DNA from: Pristiophorus japonicus
Lineage: Eukaryota
Direction: 5' to 3'
NCBI RefSeq assembly: GCF_044704955.1
Contig: NC_091985.1
Location: 145,080,001-145,144,000, forward strand
Length of the DNA stretch: 64,000 nt
In this document: in pieces, positions 23,748 through 39,177 of the stretch
Numbering within the stretch: the stretch's first letter is position 1
Layout of the letters: each line of letters begins with the position of its first letter
The notes under the pieces: generated by a model
Database searches by the model: none
What the model was told of the DNA's origin: nothing
What the model saw: only the letters and a program-made list of their open reading frames with translations
Position numbers and translations under genes: made by a program

Positions 23748-26630
23748 CATAAGAACATAAGAATTAGGAGCAGGAGTAGGCCATCTAGCCCCTCGAGCCT
23801 GCTCCGCCATTCAACAAGATCATAGCTGATCTGGCCGAGGACTCAGCTCCACTTACCCGCCCTCTCCCCGTAACCCTTAATTCCCTTATTGGTTAAAAAT
23901 CTATCTATCTGTGATTTGAATACATTCAATGAGCTAGCCTCAACTGCTTCCTTGGGCAGAGAATTCCACAGATTCACAACTCTCTGGGAGAAGAAATTCC
24001 TTCTCAACTCGGTTTTAAATTGGCTCCCCCGTATTTTGAGGCTGTGCCCCCTAGTTCTAGTCTCCCCGACCAGTGGAAGCAACCTCTCTGCCTCTATTTT
24101 GTCTATCCCTTTCATTATTTTAAATATTTCTATAAGATCACCCCTCATCTTTCTGAACTTCAACGAGTAAAGACCCAGTCTACTCAATCTATCATCATAA
24201 GGTAACCCCCTCATCTCCGGAATCAGCCGAGTGAATCGTCTCTGTACCCCCTCCAAAGCTAGTATATCCTTCCTTAAGTAAGGTGACCAAAACCGCACGC
24301 AGTATTCCTAGTGCGGCCTCACCAATACCCTGTACAGTTGCAGCAGGACCTCCCTGCTTTTGTACTCCATCCCTCTCGCAATGAAGGCCAACATTCCATT
24401 CGCCTTCCTGACTACCTGCTGCACCTGCAAACTAACTTTTTGGGATTCATGCACAAGGACCCCCAGGTCCCTCTGCACCACAGCATGTTGTAATTTCTCC
24501 CCATTCAAATAATATTCCCTTTTACTGTTTTTTTTTCCAAGGTGATGACCTCACATTTTTCGACATTGCATTCCATCTGCCAAACCTTAGCCCATTCGCT
24601 TAACCTTTCTAAATCTCTTTGCAGCCTCTCTGTGTCCTCTACACAACTCGCTTTCCCACTAATCTTTGTGTCATCTGCAAATTTTGTTACACTACACTCC
24701 GTCCCCTCTTCCAGGTCATCTATGTACATTGTAAACAGTTGTGGTCCCAGCACCAATCCCTGTGGCACACCACTAACCACCGATTTCCAACCTGAAAAGG
24801 ACCCATTTATCCCGACTCTCTGCTTTCTGTTAGCCAGCCAATTCTCTATCCATGCTAATACATTACCTCTGACTCCGCGTACCTTTATCTTCTGCAGTAA
24901 CCTTTTGTGAGGCACCTTATCAAATGCCTTTTGGAAATCTAAATACACCACATCCATCGGTACACCTCTATCCACCATGCTCGTCATAGCCTCAAAGAAT
25001 TCCAGTAAATTAGTTAAACATGATTTCCCCTTCATAAATCCATGTTGCGTCTGCTTGATTGCACTATTCCTATCTAGATGTCCTGCTATTTCTTCCTTGA
25101 TGATACCTTCAAGCATTTCCCCACTACAGATGTTAAACTAACCGACCTATAGTTACCTGCCTTTTGTCTGCCCCCTTTTTTAAACAGAGGCATTACATTA
25201 GCTGCTTTCCAATCCGCTGGTACCTCCCCACAGTCCAGAGAATTTTGGTAGATTATAACGAATGCATCTGCTATAACTTCCGCCATCTCTTTTAATACCC
25301 TGGGATGCATTTCTTCCGGACCAGGGGACTTGTCTACCTTGAGTCCCATTAGCCTGTCCAGCACTACCTCCCTAGTGATAGTGATTATCTCAAGGTCCTC
25401 CCTTCCCACATGCCTGTGACCAGCAATTCTTGGCATGGTTTTTGTGTCTTCCACTGTGAAGACCGAAGCAAAATAATTGTTTAAGGTCTCAGCCATTTCC
25501 ACATTTCCCATTATTAAATCCCCCTTCTCATCTTCTAAAGGGACCAACATTTACTTTAGTCACTCTTTTCCATTTTATATATCGGTAAAAGCTTTTACTA
25601 TCCGTTTTTATGTTTTGCGCAAGTTTACCTTCGTAATCTATCTTTCCTTTCTTTATTGCTTTCTTAGTCATTCTTTGCTGTTGTTTAAAATTTTCCCAAT
25701 CTTCTAGTTTCCCACTAACCTTGGCCACCTTATACGCAGTGGTTTTTAATTTGATACTCTCCTTTATTTCCTTGGTTATCCAAGGCTGGTTATCCCTTCT
25801 CTTATCGCCCTTCTTTTTCACTGGAATATATTTTTGTTGAGCACTATGAAAGAGCTCCTTAAAAGTCCTCCACTGTTCCTCAATTGTGCCACCGTTTAGT
25901 CTGTGTTTCCAGTCTACTTTAGCCAATTCTGCCCTCATCCCACTGTGGTCCCCTTTGTTTAAGCCATAGTACGCTCGTTTGAGACACTACTTCCTCACCC
26001 TCAATCTGTATTACAAATTCAACCATACTGTGATCACTCATTCCGAGACGATCTTTTACTAGGAGATCGTTTATTATTCCTGTCTCATTACACAGGACCA
26101 GATCTAAGATAGCTTGCTCCCTTGTAGGTTCTGTAACATACTGTTCTAAGAAACAATCCCGTATGCATTCTATGAATTCCTCCTCAAGGCTACTCCGTGC
26201 GATTTGATTTGACCAATCGATATGGAGGTTAAAATCTCCATGATTGCTGCCGTTCCTTTTTCACATGCCTCCATTATTCCCTTGATTATTGCCCTTGAAA
26301 GGAGCTACCCACCTCCTTTCCCTTCTTGTCTATCTTTCCGAATTGTCAGATACCCCGGTATGTTTAATTCCCAGTCTTGGCCCTCCTGCAACCACGTTTC
26401 TGTAATGGCCACCAAATCATACCCGTTTGTAATGATTTGTGCTGTCAACTCATTTACTTTATTTCGAATGCTGCGTGCGTTTAGGTAGAGTGTTTTAATA
26501 CTAGTTTTTAAACCATGATTTTTAGTTTTGTGTTTTCATACTCATACATATTGTCCCTTCCTATCATCTTGTGGTTTACACTTACCCCAGTGCTATTCTG
26601 CTCTGTTGCCTCCTGCCTTTTGCATTCTTT
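23748..26630 (-). mobile_element. CR1 LINE, most of ORF2, frameshifted; same subfamily as 1-491
   Basis: GVPQGLVLGPQLF, KFADDTK, NYRSVSLTS; C-terminus nearly identical to ORF 25..396. Confidence 0.95.
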
Positions 26631-26869
26631 GTGTGCTATCTGCTTTAAAATCATTAACCCATTTATAAAGAACACATTTAAGATTCTGCTAGACATAGCA
26701 CACAGAGAAAATCTTCTCCTTCCATATTTAGAAGGGCTGTCACTCCATCACCTTGCACACCAAGGCCCCGTACTGTTTTACCAAGCATTCAATCTTCATC
26801 ATGATGCTATTGGTGTGTCGTGACATTCTCTCCTTTGCTCTATCTTTGTGCAGAATCTCGACCATAGTT

Positions 26870-27797
26870 CTATGCGGATGACACTAAGTTGGGTGGCAAT
26901 GTGAGCTGCGAGGAGGATGCTATGAGGCTGCAGGGTGACTTGGATAGGTTAGGTGAGTGGGCAAATGCATGGCAGATGAAGATAAATGTGAGGTTATCCA
27001 CTTTGGTCGTAAAAACAGAGAGACAGACTATCATCTGAATGGTGACAGATTAGGAAAAGGGGAGGTGCAATGAGACCTGGGTGTCATGGTACATCAGTCA
27101 TTGAAGGTTGGCATGCAGGTACAGCAGGCGGTTAAGAAAGCAAATGGCATGTTGGCCTTCATAGCGAGGGGATTTGAGTACAGAGGCAGGGAGGTGTTAC
27201 TACTGTTGTACAGGGCCTTGGTAAGGCCACACCTGGAGTATTGTGTACAGTTTTGGTCTCCTAACTTAAGGAAGGACATTCTTGCTATTGAGGGAGTGCA
27301 GCGAAGGTTCACCAGACTGATTCCCAGGATGGCGGGACTGACATATCAAGAAAGACTGGATCAACTGGGCTTGTATTCACTGGAGTTCAGAAGAATGAGA
27401 GGGGATCTCATAGAAATGTTTAAAATTCTGACGGGTTTAGACAGGTTAGATGCAGGAAGAATGTTCCCAATGTTGGGGAAGTCCAGCACCAGGGGTCACA
27501 GTCTAAGGATAAGGGGTAAGCCATTTCGGACCGAGATGAGGAGAAACTTCTTCACCCAGAGAGTGGTGAACCTGTGGAATTCTCTACCACAGGAAGTTGT
27601 TGAGGCCAATTCACTAAATATATTCAGAAAGGAGTTAGATGTAGTCCTTACTACTAGGGGGATCAAGGGGTATGATGAGAAAGCAGGAATGGGGTACTGA
27701 AGTTGCATGTTCAGCCATGAACTCATTGAATGGCGGTGCAGGCTCGAAGGGCCAAATGGCCTACTCCTGCACCTATTTTCTATGTTTCTATGTTTCT
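26870..27797 (+). mobile_element. 5'-truncated CR1
   Basis: ORF 27086..27700 [15 protein letters not shown]; TTTCTATG tail. Confidence 0.95.
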
Positions 27798-28177
27798 AAT
27801 GCTGAACAGAACATTCCTGAGGAACCTCATGACCAGAGAAATATTATGTACCAGAGGGACAATTGTAACACATGCCTTTAATGTTTCAGAATATTGCGCA
27901 GCAAGTGGAATATCACCCAAAAATTTACCAATGCAGCTTGTAAATTTATCACGATTACTGTACAGGAGACTAAAGAAGGCACAGCCTCGATCAACATCTA
28001 TTTAAATTAAACTGAAGAATAATTTCCTGCCTAATGACACCCAGGAGCACTCCCAGTATGAGGCTGTCAGAAGAGAAATAAGTAACATAAATTACACCCA
28101 GTGATTTAGTGCCATTGAACCAATCTATAAATTCGACAAACTTGAAGTAACTTGTGGGACAGAGGTTAAGAACCTTG

Positions 28178-28784
28178 CCCTAGAAATTGGGCCATATAGT
28201 GCATGTTTTTCAGGCGGTACACAGCCTACTAAGACCCCAAAGTGGCAGGCAGGAAGCGCCATGCTTTTCTGACCGGAAGTGCACCACCCGCCATGTTGGG
28301 TAAGGACAAACAGGAGGCCTCCTTTACCCATGTTTGAATCATATGCAAATAAGGGGCCTAACGTCTACCTGAGGCCCCCGACTAGCACTGGTTTACCCTG
28401 AGACACCCAGTGCTGCCTCCCCATCGGCGCTGCTCCCGTCCACGCTCCGACCCCCCCCCCAACCCGGTCGCATGCCGCTGACAGCGGATCTCCTGCACCA
28501 TCCTCCCCCTCCCGGCCCCCGTGACTCCAGATCTCCCTCCCCTGCAACTCCAGGACGCCCCAACCCGCTTCCAACCCCCCGGCCCAACCCCCGGTTCAGC
28601 CAGCAGCCCCGCATTAACTCGCCCCTACATCCCCAATTGGACCCCTGGACCCCGAGGGCCCGGCAGCCCCCTGATCACCCAAAGGTGGGCGCCCCCAATC
28701 TGTCTTAGTACACAGTGTCAGCTGAAGGTACAGAGAGGGTGATCTTTACTTTGTGCAATGGTGCACAACCGGTGATAGCAAATT
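28178..28784. mobile_element. Probable Harbinger-type MITE remnant
   Basis: Starts cctagaaattgggcc like other MITE ends here; C-rich interior; right end obscured by Penelope. Confidence 0.45.
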
Positions 28785-30299
28785 GAAATACAAAAGCAAA
28801 ATACTGCGGATGCTGGAATCTGAAATAAAAACTGAAAATGCTGGCAATCTCAGTGGGCCAGGCAGCATCTGTGCAGAGAAACAGAATCAACCGTTTCGGG
28901 TCTGTTAAAAGTTTGAGATGTAACAGATTCTTAAGGAAGTGCAGGGGCACTGAAAGTGGGAGGGGAGGAAAGAGCAAAAGGGAAGGTCTGTGATAGGTTG
29001 AAAGGCAGGAGAGATTAGAAAGACGAAAGGGATGATGGGCCACTCACTCCCACAGCTACCTGGACTACATTTCCTCCCACCCCGCATCCTGTAAGGACTC
29101 CATTCCATTCTCCCAGTTTCTCCGTCTCCTTCGCATCTGTTCTGACGACGCCACCTTTCACACTAGTGCCTCTGACATGTCTTCCTTTTTCCTCATCCAA
29201 GGATTCTCCTCTGCCGTAGTTAACATGGCCCTCGACCCTGTCCGTTCTATTTCCCGCACCTCTGCTCTCACCCCTTCCCCTCCCTCTCAGAACCATGACA
29301 GGGTTCCCCTTGTCCTCACCTTTCACCCCACCAGCCTCCACGTTCAACGGATCATCCTCTACCATTTCTGTCACCTCCAGCGTGATCCCACCGCCAATCA
29401 CATCTTTCCCTCCCCTCCCCTCTCAGCATTCCAAAGGGACCGCTCCCTCCGCGACACCCTGGTCCATTCCGCAGTCACCCCCAGCACCCCTCCCCTTCCC
29501 ACAGCACCTGCCCTTTTACCTCCTCCCATGCCACTGTCCAGGGCCCCAAATACTCCTTCCAGGTGAAACAGTGATTTACTTGTACTTCTTTCAATTTAAT
29601 ATACTGTATTCGCTGCTCACAATGTAGTCTCCTCTACATTGGAGAGACCAAACACAGATTGGGTGACCGCTTTGCAGAACACCTTCGTTCAGTCCGTAAG
29701 AGTGACCCCGAGCTTCCGGTCACTTGTCACTTTAATTCCCCGCCCCACTCTCACTTTGACCTCTCCATCCTCGGCCTCCTACACTGTTCTAATGAAGCTT
29801 AACGCAAGCTCGAGGAACAGCACCTCATCTTTCGTTTAGGCACTTTACAGCCTTCTGGATTCAACATCGAGTTCAACAATTTCAGACCATAACCTCTGCC
29901 CATATATATATTTTTCCTTTTCCTTTTTTTTTTACAAACTCTCGCCCTTTTTTATTTTTTATTTTTTCTCTCTTTCCCATGGCAGCTGGTAATTATTGTG
30001 TCATTCACACCCTATCTAGATTCACCTTTTGTTTCCTAACTTGTGCCATTACCATCTCAATTTTTCCCATCATCCCTTTTGTCTCTCTAATCTCTCCTGC
30101 CTTCCACCCTATCAGACCTTCCCTTTTGTTCTTTTCTCCCCTCCCCCTTTCCCTGCCCCCTGCACTTCCTTAATAATCGGTTACATTTCGAACTTTTCCA
30201 GTTCTGACAAAGGGTCACAGACCTGAAACGTTAACTCTGTTTCTATTCACAGATGCTGCCTGACCCGCTGAGATTTCCAGCATTTTCTGTTTTCATTAT
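28785..30299 (+). mobile_element. Penelope-like element: RT C-terminus plus GIY-YIG endonuclease with inverted terminal repeat
   Basis: HSYLDYISSHP at ~29050; FTCTSFNLIYCIRCSQCSLLYIGETKHRLGDRFAEHL at ~29574-29685; 28820-29040 is the reverse complement of 30065-30299. Confidence 0.92.
30200..30236 (+). ncRNA. Degenerate minimal hammerhead ribozyme motif in the Penelope terminal repeat
   Basis: agtt-CTGACAA-agggtc-aca-gacct-GAAA-cg-TTA-act; core CUGANGA is altered to CUGACAA. Confidence 0.65.
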
Positions 30300-30524
30300 A
30301 GCGAATCAGAAGCCCATTTTACATCTCTCTCCATTTTTATTTCTATTGAAGTGGCTCGTTTTACAATATCGGAGGCAAAACCTACCCCAGAACGTGCGGT
30401 TTCACCATTTTCCAACCAATTGCCAGTTTTTGCTGAATATTATTCCAATCGCCCTCAGGGAATATTGTGGGGTTTGTTTTTAAATGGTTAAATGGCCATT
30501 TAAAAAAAAAATCACCTCCTCCTC

Positions 30525-30838
30525 TTTAAATTTCGCCCGTCGAGCGGCCTACAGCCGGGTACGCGCCCCCTGAAACTGTCGCTGTCATCCCCCAGCGCAG
30601 CCTAAGGGGCATCACTGAATCTTCACTCCGCACCGAAAACGGGTTGCTGTGCACGGTGATGATGTTGTCACCGCCGGCGCAGCAGAGCGGGGCATTACCG
30701 GTTACCGTTGCCGCTAAACACACGTGGAATTTTGCGGGAGACGTTAGCGGCGCCGTGCCGAGCGAAAAGTTATTTATGCCCCTTTAGCGCCCCCTGAGGG
30801 CGCTAACAGGAGGTGCAAATGCCCCAAATTTCTCTCCC
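30525..30838 (-). mobile_element. Harbinger-type MITE fragment, same family as 15325-16041
   Basis: taccggttaccgttgccgctaaacacacgtggaattttgcgggagacgttagc is the inverted homologue of 15395-15450. Confidence 0.65.
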
Positions 30839-31279
30839 TTAGACTTTGCATCAGACCTTTTTAATATTGTTCCCACCTCCAACATGGATGGTGGGACGCA
30901 GGACCATTCAGTATAATGTTAGTTGAAAAAAATTGCAGTGTAAGTAGGTCAGGTTACAGCAGACATAAATAAAAGTAAAAATAAAATAATAGAAGCAGTA
31001 AATACTAAAACTGTATCTTAAGTGATGAGATTGACATTGTGGTAATGAAACTACTGGCATTTAAATCATAAGGTTATTGTTTATAATGGCCGAGAAATTG
31101 GATTGTGCCCAAATTGGTCCTGCAAGCTCCAGCCCCTCGCCCCCCCTATGATGACTCTGGGGCAGGGTCCTAAAACAGGCGATAGGACCCCAGTTTGCAT
31201 ATTAAAGGAACCTACCGCCAGTTTATGGTTACTTGAGAGTTGGCAGCTTCCAATTTAACAGCTGGTGCACCTGTGGGGG

Positions 31280-31497
31280 AATCAGCCGTCTCGGCCCAAA
31301 ACTCTGGAATTCCCTCTCGAAACCTCTCCGTCTCTGACCACCTCTCCCTTTGAGCAGACTTTTAGACGCATGTCCTAATAACCCCTTCTTTGGCTCAGTA
31401 TCAGTTTTTGTCAGATAACGTTCCTGTAAAGCGCTTGGGATGTTTTCCAACGTTAAAAACGGTATATAAATTCAAGTTGTTGTTGTTGTTATTGTTG
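31280..31497 (+). mobile_element. L2 3' tail fragment
   Basis: ctctggaattccctc...cctgtaaagcgcttgggatg...tatataaattcaagttgttgttgttg. Confidence 0.8.
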
Positions 31498-32565
31498 AAT
31501 GAGATCTCAGTTGGTTGCCTGGCGCCAGTGTGCCTGGCTTCCAGAAGGCAGACTTTGTCCTCAAACTCCAAACAGTATTAATTTTTAACGCAATTTATTT
31601 TTAGTGTAAGATGTGAAACCAAAACCCAACTGTGGATCATTCAGATGTTAAAAGAAATTACCAGAGGATTTATTTTGTGACCGAGTCTGTAGCAGCAATA
31701 TACAATTATCTTCTGCCAATCAGGACTGCACCAGGCATTCCAAAGACTTCAAAAGGAGAAGGGACACTGACATGAGTGGCACACGTGTGTGAGAAAGAGA
31801 GAATGAATCATGTAAACATGGGAATCAGGGTGATCCTGGGTGAAGCAGGATTGGGAGCGATGCTGTTGAATGATGACTGCATTCACAGCTGTCAGGAGAA
31901 GGGTGTAGCGAGGCCTTTTGCTACTGACATATGCTTGTGCGGTTCTGTATGTGCTCCAGATTTAACTTCAGCAAATTAATCTAGTTAGGTCATTCTTAAT
32001 CTGAGCACAGCTCTAGCGTGGTGTGACATTACCGCCTTCTGGAGTGGCTGGGGAGAGAAGCAAAGTGCCCAGTGAACTGGCGAAGGTGGATTGTCTGAGT
32101 CTGAAAGTGTACAAGGTCGCCTCAAGGCCAGGAAACCATAAGGCTGCAGCTCTTGGTTCACAGGAGACACGAGTCCTGCTTACGAGGAGTGCAAGAGAGA
32201 ACAGCTCATTAAAACACCCCAAAATCACATCGCACTGGTGCAGACTAGTTAACGGAGATACCAACCCCCATCGCAGCAGCTTTTCTCAAATATTACATTC
32301 TATACTCAAATGAAAGAAAAGCTGCCAAATCCCTCAGAGGTGAAAGCTGTCTCACATAAAGTAATGTGGAGCATTAAAGCACCTGCTTATAACAGTCCCA
32401 TTGCAATTAAAAACCTTACATTCATTCATAAAATGCATTTTGTTCCAGTGGCACACACTCCTGATTCCAGATTTAACCCACTGCTCATGTTAATTTACCA
32501 ACCTCAGCCTTGGTGATGTGGCAAGACAGTGGAGGCCATTTCCAATTTTGGATGTAGAACACTTT

Positions 32566-34650
32566 GGTCCCGATATTACCACGCAGTCGGGAACAGAGCG
32601 GGGCGGAGGGGGGAAGAGTTAGAGGGCGACGAACGTACAACACCGCAGGATGGGTAGGCCTGGCCGATTTTAACAGCCAAGCCTCGTTTTCATCTTTCCT
32701 CTGGGTTTCGCGACTCAACCGCGTGTGGCACGAGCCCACGTGACGCAATTTCCCGTCGACTACAGAAAGACCCAGCGCAGAGATGAAACGGAGGAGGACG
32801 TTTGAAGGTGAAGTTTCTGCACTGGAAAGAGAACATAGGGACAGCTGCAAGGAGAGGGAGGGCTGCCCCCCAGGATCATATGCAATTCCTTGAATGTTCC
32901 GCAAGGGCCAGGAGGGTGGTTCTGTTTCCCATCAGTGGCAAAAGGAAATCTGCTGCCAATGCAAAGAAGGTGTGGCTGGAACTGGCAGAAGGGGTCAGCA
33001 GCAGAAGCATCACCATGAGATTCTGGATCCAGTGGCGCTAACACCTCAATGATCTGACCAGGTCAGGAAAGGTTGGCAAACATAAAGACGCATCTACATC
33101 CTGCACTGCATCTCCTCTCACTCCGTCTTGTCAAGCGTACTCTAGGCACAGCACTCCTTGCACCCACTTCACTTTCATCAGCACCCATTGTTGCATTTGC
33201 ATGCATACCCTCTCACCCTCACCTCTCCCTGCCTCTCTCTACTGCCAATCACCCCAATTCTCCTGTAACCTGATATCGCCTCATTTCAGCTCCCTGCACT
33301 CCCAGCACCTGTGCTGAAATGGCGCTGTCAAACCATACCTCAAATGCATGATAGTTCCAGTTATGACGCCTCTGCCTGATTATCACCTCACCACATCCCT
33401 CAGATGCACACGTGCCTCAGAGCCACACATAGGTCTGCCGTGCCACCTTTGCAGGAGAAGAGAGTGCAGAATGTCAGGGAGAGGGCCGGATCCCCGAGAT
33501 CATGGACCTTTGACCGGCAGAGGAGAATGCTCTTGAAATAAGCAGCATCTCTGCCTCGCTCAGCATCAGAGATGGCAAAATTGGCAGTCCATGGGGCAGC
33601 GTTGGCCTCTCAGACATAGCCATTTTCGGTTGGTTTCAGCATATTATCAAATATAAGCACTTTAATGATGCGCATTTCAACATTTGTAAATTCCATGACT
33701 AACTCTTATTCTTGTCTAATCTCCTCCAGGCCATCATGCGCAGAATGCGTGCCTCTGCCCAGAGAGGATGAAGACTCACAGAGGAGCTCATTCCAGCTGA
33801 GCCTTCACCGTCACAGGAGACATGCACTTCAGGCACCAACGCAGGTGCGACCACATCGGTTGGGTCCTGTAGACAGTTATATGGGACGTCATTTGGTGAT
33901 TGGTGAGGCACAAGTGAGCACGTGCAGAGGGTAGCGGCAGGGACAGCTATGGAGAGTCTGTGTCAGAGGGTGTCGCCCTCTCCAAGTCTGCTCAGCTGGA
34001 CAGAGAGGCTGAACATGGGGGCGTGGGGGTGGAGGGGAATCAATGAAAAGGAGAATGCCAGAGGCACCGCAGCAACTGTACAAGGTAGTGGCAGTCCTGC
34101 CGGGCACACTCTCCATAATGGCACAGAGGATGGAAGAGCCCAGCTCGACCATTTGTGGAGTAATGTCCCAGGGCTTTTCAACCACGCAATTCTCCATTCA
34201 GCATTTGGCCACCTCTTTGGAAGCTGTATCAGGGCACACAAATGGGTTCCTGCAGGCCATCAGGAGGGAGCTGGACCGGTTCCTGACAGGAGTGCTCCTC
34301 TCAGGCCCACAAGGAAACCTTGGGCCTCTCCTGCACAGATCTTCCTCTCCCCTCCCAGATCGCAAAGCCCACCCCCAAAGTCCATCCCCCCAACCCGACC
34401 CCCACGCCCACCCGACCCCCACGCCCACCCCTCCCCCACCCGACCCCCACACCCTCCCCTCCCCCCCCACCCCCACCTTCCAAGCTCTTGCACGATTGCC
34501 AGGGGCCATTCCTCCTGATCCCCAGCGGCAAGAGGAGGCTGCCCAAAATCCCACTCCCACCCAACGGCCAGCTACTGCTATCCACAGGTTTCAGGCGGGA
34601 GACTGGTGCAGATGAAGCCTGGGAGTTAAAATCCCTCAGGCCTCACGCGG
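32566..34650 (+). mobile_element. Harbinger-like element with decayed, probably multi-exon Myb/SANT-like gene
   Basis: RARRVVLFP...KKVWLELAEGVSSRSITMRFWIQWR*HLNDL; a later segment ag|GAGAAGAGAGTGCAGAAT (EKRVQNVRER); MITE-like left end ggtcccgatatt. Confidence 0.65.
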
Positions 34651-34666
34651 AGTGAAGCAAGTATTT

Positions 34667-36385
34667 ACATAAGAACATAAGAAATAGGAGCAGGAGTCAG
34701 CCATTTGGCCTCTCGAGCCTGCTTCGCCATTTAATAAGATCATGGCTGATCTGATCTTGGCCTCAACTCCACTTCCCTGCCCGCTCCCCGTAACCCTTGA
34801 CTCCCTTATCATTCAAAAATCTGTCTATTTCCACCTTAAATATATTCAATGATCCAGCCTCCACAGCTCTCTGGGGTAGAGAATTCCACAGATTTACAAC
34901 CCTCTAAAAGAAGAAATTGCTCCTCATCTCCATCTTAAATGGGCGACCCCTTATTCTGAAACTATGCCCCCCTAGTTCTAGAATCCCCATTCGGGGAAAC
35001 ATCCTCTCAGTATCGATCCTGTCAAGCCCCCTCAGAATCTTATGTTTCAATAAGATCACCTCTCATTTTTCTAAACTCCAATGAATATCGGTCCAACCTG
35101 CTCAACCTTTCTTCAGAAGCAAACCCCTTCATCCCTGGAATCAACCCCATGAACCTTCTCTGAACTGCCTTCAATGCAATATATCCCTCCTTAAATAAGG
35201 AGACTAAAACTGTACACAGTACTCTAAGTGTGCTCTCACCAATACCCTGTACAGTTATAGCAGGACTTCTCTGCTTTTATACTCTACCCCCTTTACAATA
35301 AAGGCCAACATTCCATTTGCCTTGCTAATTACTTGCTGTACCTGCATACTAACATTTTGTGTTTCATGCACAAGGACCCCCCAGGTCCCTCGCTACCTCA
35401 GCATTTTGTAATCTCTCCCATTTAAATAATAATTTGCTTTTTTATTTTCCTACCAAGGTGGATAACCTCACATTTTCCCACATTATACTCCATCTGCCAA
35501 ATTTTTGCCCACTCACTTAGCCTATCTGTATCCCTTTGCAGATTTTTTGTGTCCTTCTCACAACTTGCTGTCCCACCCATCTTTGTATCATCAGCAAATT
35601 TGGCTACATTACACTCGGTCCCTTCATCCAAGTCATTAATATAGATTGTAAATAGTTGAGGCCCCAACATTGATCCATGTGGCACCCCACTAATTACAGT
35701 TTGCCAATTGGAAAATGACCCATTTATCCCACTCTCTGCTTTCTGTTAGTTAGCCAATCTTCTATCCATGCTAATATATTACCCCCAACCCCGTGAGCTA
35801 TTATCTTGTGCAGTAACCTTTTATGTGGCACCTTATGGAATGCCTTCATAATATCCAAAGACATGACATCTACTGGCTCCCCCATATCCACCCTCCTCGT
35901 TACATCCTCAAAGAACTCCAGCAAATTTGTCAAACATGATTTCCCTTTCATAAAACCATGTTGACTCTGCTTGACTGCATTATGATTTTCCAAATGTCCT
36001 GCTACTGCTTTCTTAGTAATGAACTCCAGCATTGTTCCAATGACAGATGTTAGGTTAACTGGGTTACAGTTTCCTGCTTTCTGACTCCCTCCTTTCTTAA
36101 ATAGGGGCGTTACATTTGTGGTTTTCCAATCCGCTGGGACCTCTCCATAATCCAGGGAATTTTGGTAGATTACAACCAATGCATCCACTATCTCTGCAGC
36201 CACTTCTTTTAAGACTCTAGAATGCAGGCCATCAGGTCCAGGGGACTTGTCCACCTTTAGTCACATTAGTTTTCCTAGTACTTTTTCTCGAGTGAAAGTG
36301 ATTGTTTTAAGTTCCACCTTCCCTATAATCCCTTGATTATCAATTATTGGAATTCTTTTAGTGCCTTCTACCATGAAGACTATAA
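34667..36385 (-). mobile_element. 5'-truncated CR1
   Basis: KSPGPDGLHSRVLKE, QHGFMKGKSCLTNLLEFF, KFADDTK; tail acataagaacataag. Confidence 0.95.
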
Positions 36386-36899
36386 GTAATTTGATTGGTC
36401 CATTTCCTGGTACTTGCTGCCGAGTGAATAATGAATGTTGCAATAAACAATTGACCAATTTTATGGCTCAGAGTGCTCTTGATTTACTCACTCCTCATTG
36501 GTAGTTACTGACAGAATCAAATTGCTTTTGATTTTGTTCAGGTTTAGTTATTCAGAAATTTGATTGGTAATTTAACAGTTCAGTGATCATTTCAGCTGGT
36601 CACTAATTTTTGACGTGTGATGACTTGAAGGTGTGACATGCAGATTCATCAAGAGGCAAGCCTTTTAATTACACAACTGCTTTAAAGTGTGTGTGGATCT
36701 TCAACAGTTTCACAATTCAAATCACTTTGAATTTGTAATTTAGGGCATATTTCTACCACAACTGCCAATCTGAGATCTGCAGCTTGAAATATCTGTTTGC
36801 ATCAGGCAGGACTTTGTTCATACGGCCGAGCTCTAATGGAATTTTTCCCATGCAGTAGAGAACTCGACAGGGCACTGTCGATGGATTTTGGTCGGAAGA

Positions 36900-37224
36900 A
36901 TGAGGAGAGGCAATATGAACTAAATAGTACAATTAAACTTGTATTGAACCTTGGTTAGACCACACTTGGAGTGCTGCGTACAGTTCTGGTCGCCATATTA
37001 TAAAAAGGATGTAGAGGCACTGGAGAGGGTGCAGAGAAGATTTACAAGGATGATACCAGAACTGCAAAGTTATACCTATCAGGAAAGGATGAACAGGCTG
37101 GGTCTCTTTTCTCTTGAAAAGAGAAGGCTGCGGTGTGATCTAGTAGAGGTCTTTAAAATTATGAAAGATTTTGAGAGAGTGGATACAGAATGTTTCCACT
37201 TGTGGGGAAGAGCAAAACTAGAGG
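36900..37224 (+). mobile_element. CR1 fragment, left half (interrupted by Pack-hAT)
   Basis: VRPHLECCVQFWSPYYKKD; ends ...agcaaaACTAGAGG. Confidence 0.9.
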
Positions 37225-37568
37225 CAGTGGTGTAACTACACCAATGCAGCGGCATTGGGGCCCTCGCCTGAAGGGGGGCCCACCATCTGCTTCCTTGCCA
37301 ACTCGTTGGCGGTGTGGCTTAGCTGGAAAACGCTCTGGTCCATCCTCTTGGTGAAAGTTTTGAACCCGTCAACCCTGCTCTCCACCTCCTGCAGGTCGAG
37401 GGGGCTCTGTGGGGTGCTGAGCATCAGGAAGAAGTTGCCCCCCACCATGTCGTCCTTCTCGGCTTTCCTCTTGCCCTGCTTCCAAGCCTTCTCGTCGTTG
37501 AAAGTGAGGAAGTGCTGAAAGGCGTCACCGCGGACCAGCACCGGGTGGCTCGTCATGTGGTTCATCTA

Positions 37569-39177
<1,609 letters not shown>

